Source of the DNA: Macrostomum lignano
Taxonomy: Eukaryota
Reading direction: 5' to 3'
DNA length: 64,000 nt
NCBI GenBank assembly: GCA_002269645.1
Contig: NIVC01002463.1
Span: 1 to 64,000 of the forward strand
The notes beneath the pieces were generated by a model. The model was not told the DNA's origin and did no database searches. It saw nothing but the letters and a program-made list of their open reading frames with translations. Positions 59,197 to 64,000 of this stretch are shown here, piece after piece; the first letter of the stretch is position 1; the number at the start of each line of letters is the position of its first letter. A program made the position numbers and the translations under genes.

Positions 59197-61113
59197 CAAG
59201 GACAACTTGATAACTCAGGACCGGAAACGAGCCAATTCATGGCGAAAAAAGTATGAGGCTCGTTTAAAAGCATTGTTCTATGGCCCATCCGTATGCGCAT
59301 GCTTTCAGTTGCCAATGTATACTCGTATCATATTTGACTTTTTGATAGGCAGTCAGAAGGCGGCTGCAGGGTCGGTTTTCTTAAATCTTGAATAGTTTTA
59401 TTACATGTTACGCAGCATCCCCAGAACATCTGCTTCAGGGAAGTAAAACTCGCCAACGGCAGCAAACAATTCCGCACTCGCAAAGCACATGACGGTGATC
59501 GCAGCGAAATGAAGCATCCGAAACAGAGGCAAGCAAAATTGAACAGCTACTTACCAAGATGAAAAATTGGTATCAGCCTTAGAACAAATGGCTTACCGCC
59601 GAACAATGGCTTCAACATTATTGCGAGCACTGTTCGAGCAGTTTTGTTATGATTGTCTGACGCTTGGCCGAGCAGATGTTGGCACCGATAGCGAATCGAT
59701 GGCTGGACATACATTTCATCGAAAATCAACACACAAGACTTCTGCTGCGGTTTCAGTTTGGCAAATGTGACCTTTACGATCTCGTGTGCATCATTTTCAG
59801 TGCCAATCTCTCCTAGACCAGCCAACTGAGTGCGTAATGTGCCTTGATGGGGCAAAGGAAGGAGCGTCTGTGCATGCGCGTGTGCAGAACTGCTAATCAG
59901 ATAAAGCAAAGCAGATTGGCGCATAGTGGCAATGTCGTATCGTCGATTGTTTGGGTGCGTTGTGGCGAACTCGAGTAGCTTCAGGATGAATGTAACCGAT
60001 GTGTCCGGTACAACTCCATCGTGGTTAAAGGCAATAGAAAGGTTCTTAGATAATGCCTTCACCTCACTTTCGACGTCCACTGTAGAGTTTTTACAACGAT
60101 TTATGATAGCTTCAAGTTGCGACCAATATTTTAATGTTGGTTGAAATCCAAGCAGATCTCAAGCCGCAACTGGTGAGTGTAACCGAAAGCATCGCACGGA
60201 ATAGTTTGGTGAAACGAAAACCCGCAGAACCATTTCGGCATTGGCGCTTAACGAGAAGATAAACACCTCCTCTTGAACAATGGTAACAATAAGCTGATGT
60301 GCTTTGATGACGTCTGAACAGTGAATGGATGCTCGGAATTCAGTCCACGATGGCAGCATGTCACGCTCTCGAAATTCTACTAGTTCATAGTTCATCTTGG
60401 AAAAGTCATCGTTCGGACAACAGCACGCCCCTTCCCTCAGCATGTCGACTGGCACGCACTGCAATATCCAAGCACGCATCTTAGTGTTTCGTTTCGACCC
60501 TATTTGATGGAGTGCAAATACGCTCGAATATTTGAATTAAAGCAGTAGAAATTCACAAACCTTGTGTTTGAACGAGGCAGGACTGCTGGACTCCGTCGAA
60601 AACTGATGGTGGATGTAGCGGCCTTTCATTTCTTCCCTTTTTTATCATTGGTGCATCTTGAGACCAGTGCTTAGCACACTCGCCCATGTAGTCTGTCACG
60701 GTCTAAACAACAACAAAATTGTTAATGAATTCATGTGGACAGGCTAAATCTGATTCACAAAGCACATTTGAAGAAAGTCTTACCGTCAGTTGATTAGGCA
60801 GTGACAGTCGCCAAGCCTCTCGTTCAGTTGCATCTTTGGAAACTAAAATACTGCAACATTCCGATCACGGTTACTATTGTAGTTTGCACAACAGAAAATG
60901 ACGCTGCATTTTCTCGGCATGATATTTAGTTTCAGCGAGAATAAAAGTTCTCTCTCTCAATTGCAAGTGCATGCGAAGAATTCAATTTTCAGCTCAGATT
61001 TCTTCGCTTTTGTACCTTTGGGTGGGCCATAGAACAATGCTTTTAAACGAGCCTCATACTTTTTTCGCCATGAATTGGCTCGTTTCCGGTCCTGAGATAT
61101 CAAGTTGTCCTTG
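59197..61113 (-). mobile_element. Internally deleted P-element/THAP9-superfamily DNA transposon, 1917 bp
   Basis: 91-bp TIR starting CAAGG with 1 mismatch (59197-59287, 61023-61113); perfect 8-bp TSD GCCCCAGC. Spliced, disrupted THAP domain (ATG 60920: MPRKCSVIFC...FP...W; CAKHW...PPSVF) and transposase LPLP...TLR...CVLIFDEM (59547-60080), truncated afterwards. Confidence 0.92.
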
Positions 61114-61582
61114 GCCCCAGCACAGCAGTAGAATAAATTGGCATCACAACAAGCTGGATAGAATCCAATAGTTTAGGGCACAGATACTATATAACTAGAT
61201 AGGTCACTCGGTTAATTTACTCTCACGCTACTCTTAGGACCAGCCATCAGTAGTGAAAAATAGCCAAAATAAAGAATCAATGGTAAAGCGCCTCTGCATG
61301 GTAAAGCAGGTTTAGAAGAGATTCATTTTCTGCATGCGTGCATGGTAAAGCAGTATTCAAGTTGTCGAGTTCGTGTCATAGACAAAACATATTAATAGCA
61401 CTGCGCCGCAGCGATGCCTAGCACTTTTTCCTAAAAATATATATATAGATATGGCTCTCTTCTTCTGCTTGGTCAAGCAAAAGGGTCTTTTAGCCATAGA
61501 CAACAAAATTAACAGCGGTGCCCAGTCATATATGTAGGAGAAAGGAAACCAAGACAACGCTTTAGTCGCTGCTGTTGCTGTT

Positions 61583-63900
61583 GTTGTTGTTGTTGTTTGC
61601 GCTGAAGGCGCGAACATCCTAGTTTGCATCGTTCTCTTTCCACTTGGTGCGGTACCAGGCCCAGTACCGGAGCGCCACCTCTGGATGCTCGTTGAGGTGG
61701 TGCAGCTCCGTGGGCCCGTCCAGCCTTCGCCTGATCTCCGTGGCCGGGCACTGACTGCTCACATGTACGACCGTTTCTTCTTCGGTCCCGCACGCCGGGC
61801 ACATTGCGTCGGTGGTTCTGCCTATCCGCCGGCAGTAGGCCCTCAACTCCAGCGAGTGGCCCGTGCGGAATCGAATAAAGCTAACCGCCTCCGCCCTGTT
61901 CTTGTAGGCTGGGTGCCTGGCCGTACCGAGGTGGCCATAGGTGTCTTTCGATCTTTCGTGCGACCAGTACCTGCTGTTCTGGCTGGCCGCCTTCGTCTCG
62001 GCTGCCAGTCGTCTGCGGACAACGCTCGCCAGTACTCCGGCCTCCGCCTGCGGCAGTGTCGTCGCGCCGCCGGCCACTTCGTCCGCGGCCTCGTTGCCTT
62101 CCAGACCGCAGTGGGCCGGCGTCCAGCAGAGCGCAATCACTCGTCCGGTCTGGCAGGTCCTCGATAGCAGCTGGCGGATCTTTGTCGCGATCGGATTGCG
62201 GCCTCGGCCCTGCACTGCGAGGAGCCCACTCTTGCTGTCGGAAGCTATTAGCGCAGTTCTCCACGCCGGCTGCTCGCTGAGCCATTCCACCGCTAGCTCT
62301 AGGGCGGTGAGCTCGGCTTGCAGCGAGGAGGCCGGCTGCCCGGCTGCCCTCCGGAGGCTGATCTGATCTCCGACCTGCTCTCCTGTTAGACGCCCGCTCC
62401 GATAGATGACCGCACCGCTGCCGCCGCCCTCCCTCCGCACCGATCCGTCCGTGAAGATAGTGATGTCCGGGTCTGAGCTGGCCTGGTTGATCTTCGCTTG
62501 GGCCATCTCAAGGTTTCCGGCGCGCGACTCTTTCCTGGCATCGTCGGTGGATACGAAGAAGCTGATGTTATCTCTCCAACTCTGCCACGGGGGGAGGTCC
62601 GACATGTCCTCTAGCCTAGCCACCTCGGCTAGACCGGTGTTGGCGAGACCCTTCCTGGCCTGGGCTCTCCAACCCAGCCTCTTCAGCCTTTGCCGGGTCT
62701 GCTGGGTGCCGAGGCGGTATCTTGGCGAGCTGTGCTCGAGCCTGAGCCATCGGTCCAGTTTTGCGCTCCATATCACCTCGCTCTGCTCCCGGATCGACAT
62801 CATCCCGCTTTCGCAGCGTAGGGCCTCAACCGGGGTGGTGGCGACCGCGCCGGTAATGATGCGTTCCGCGCTGTGCTGCACCACTTCGAGCTTACGCCAG
62901 GCCACGCAAGTGAGCCACGGCATCCAGGCGCAGGCCCCATACAGCATCTTGCTCCGGATGAGGGCAACGTAGGTGTTGCGGATCAGCTCGGCCTGCCAGC
63001 CCCAAGAGCTGCCTGCGAGGCGCCGCATTAGGTTGAGGCGGTTCCGGCAGCTGTGGATCACATTGTCAGCGTGCGCTGTGAACCTCAGCTGTCTGTCAAA
63101 CGTAAGCCCGAGGAACTTGGGCTGCTCAACCCATTGCATCGTCTGCCCTTGAAGCACGACGTTCGTGGCACCGGCCCTCTGCGGGGTCATCGCCGGGTCA
63201 CTGGAGAAGAGGGTGAGCGAGCATTTCCCCGTGGCAACCGGTAGCAGCCATGCTTTGCTCCAAGCCTCCAGGGTGTCAACCGCCTTCTGCTGGGTGGACA
63301 AGGCCTCCGCTACTCTTCTGCTGCTGGTCCAGGTGGCTAGATCGTCCGCATAGCCGCTCACCTGCAGGTCCGGGATAGCGTCAAGTTGCCTGAGAAGGTC
63401 ATCGATGAAGACGATGAAGAGCAGCGGCGAAAGCACGGATCCCTGCGGCAGCCCTTGCCGGAAAAGTTCCCGCTTGCTGTCCACGTCGCCGACCCGGACG
63501 CACGCCAGCCTGTTCGCTAGCCAGCTCTGTATCCATCTGACCGTTTTTGGGCCAATGCCAGCTTTAAGCAGCTTGATCAGCAGCCCGTCACGCCAAACCT
63601 TGTCGAACGCGCGCGCAAAGTTGAACAGCGCCAGAACCGTTAGTTTTCGCTCTTGGAAGGCGTCGTCAATCGATTGGGACAGCCGGAGCAGTTGATCCTC
63701 CGTGGACCTGCCCCCTCTGAACCCCGCTTGCGCTTCGCTGAGACCGCCGGTGGACTCCAGAACATGCTTGATTCGGTTCGCAAGCACCCGTTCCATCCAC
63801 TTACCTAAGCTGGAGGTTAGGCTAACCGGGCGGTAGGATCCTATGTCCTTGACGGGCTTTCCGCTCTTAAGAAGAGGTATGATGCGGGCCGTGCGCCAGT
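61583..63900 (-). mobile_element. 5'-truncated non-LTR retrotransposon (I-group, RNase H-bearing), about 2.3 kb
   Basis: (CAA)n tail at about 61583-61598; candidate 13-bp TSD TGCTGTTGCTGTT (61570-61582, 63904-63916); the 5' end breaks at the start of the RT domain. Confidence 0.9.
61619..63897 (-). CDS. LINE ORF2 remnant: reverse transcriptase, RNase H and CCHC knuckle, uninterrupted
   Basis: WRTARIIPLLKSGK..SYRPVSLTS, QAGFR, LPQGSVLSP, YADD; RNase H IFTDGS/AEL/SDS/WTPAHCG..GNE.AD; C-x2-C-x7-H-x4-C. Confidence 0.93.
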
Positions 63901-64000
63901 TGTTGCTGTTGCTGTTTCAGTTCTTTCAGTGCACTTCCCTATTAAAAAATAAATATATATTTGGTGCGACATAGACAACTACGATGTCGAAGATACCGAA

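Overview
Repeat-rich animal genomic DNA with spliceosomal introns; exon style and (TCTG)n/(TATC)n richness recall a Macrostomum-type flatworm, but the organism is inference only. I reconstructed six host genes by splice phase: the 3' part of a Rac/RhoG-like GTPase (+), an MFSD8/CLN7-like MFS transporter (-, 3 exons, 544 aa), an LHFPL/TMHS tetraspan gene (-, 4 exons, two apparent 1-nt frameshifts), two tandem GM2-activator-like genes (+) and a 3-exon membrane protein resembling the APD1-4/DUF4792-4793 family (+). Mobile DNA includes four copies of a tRNA-derived CORE-like SINE, a head-to-tail Helitron-like dimer, a deleted Merlin element (38-bp TIR, 9-bp TSD), a deleted P/THAP element (91-bp TIR, 8-bp TSD), a 5'-truncated RT+RNase H LINE, LINE fragments and two unclassified TIR elements. 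The most striking observation is a 6.5-kb G-run satellite filling MFSD8 intron 1. Its 14/15-nt unit is the first 14 nt of the SINE it directly abuts. Most long six-frame ORFs are repeat artefacts.
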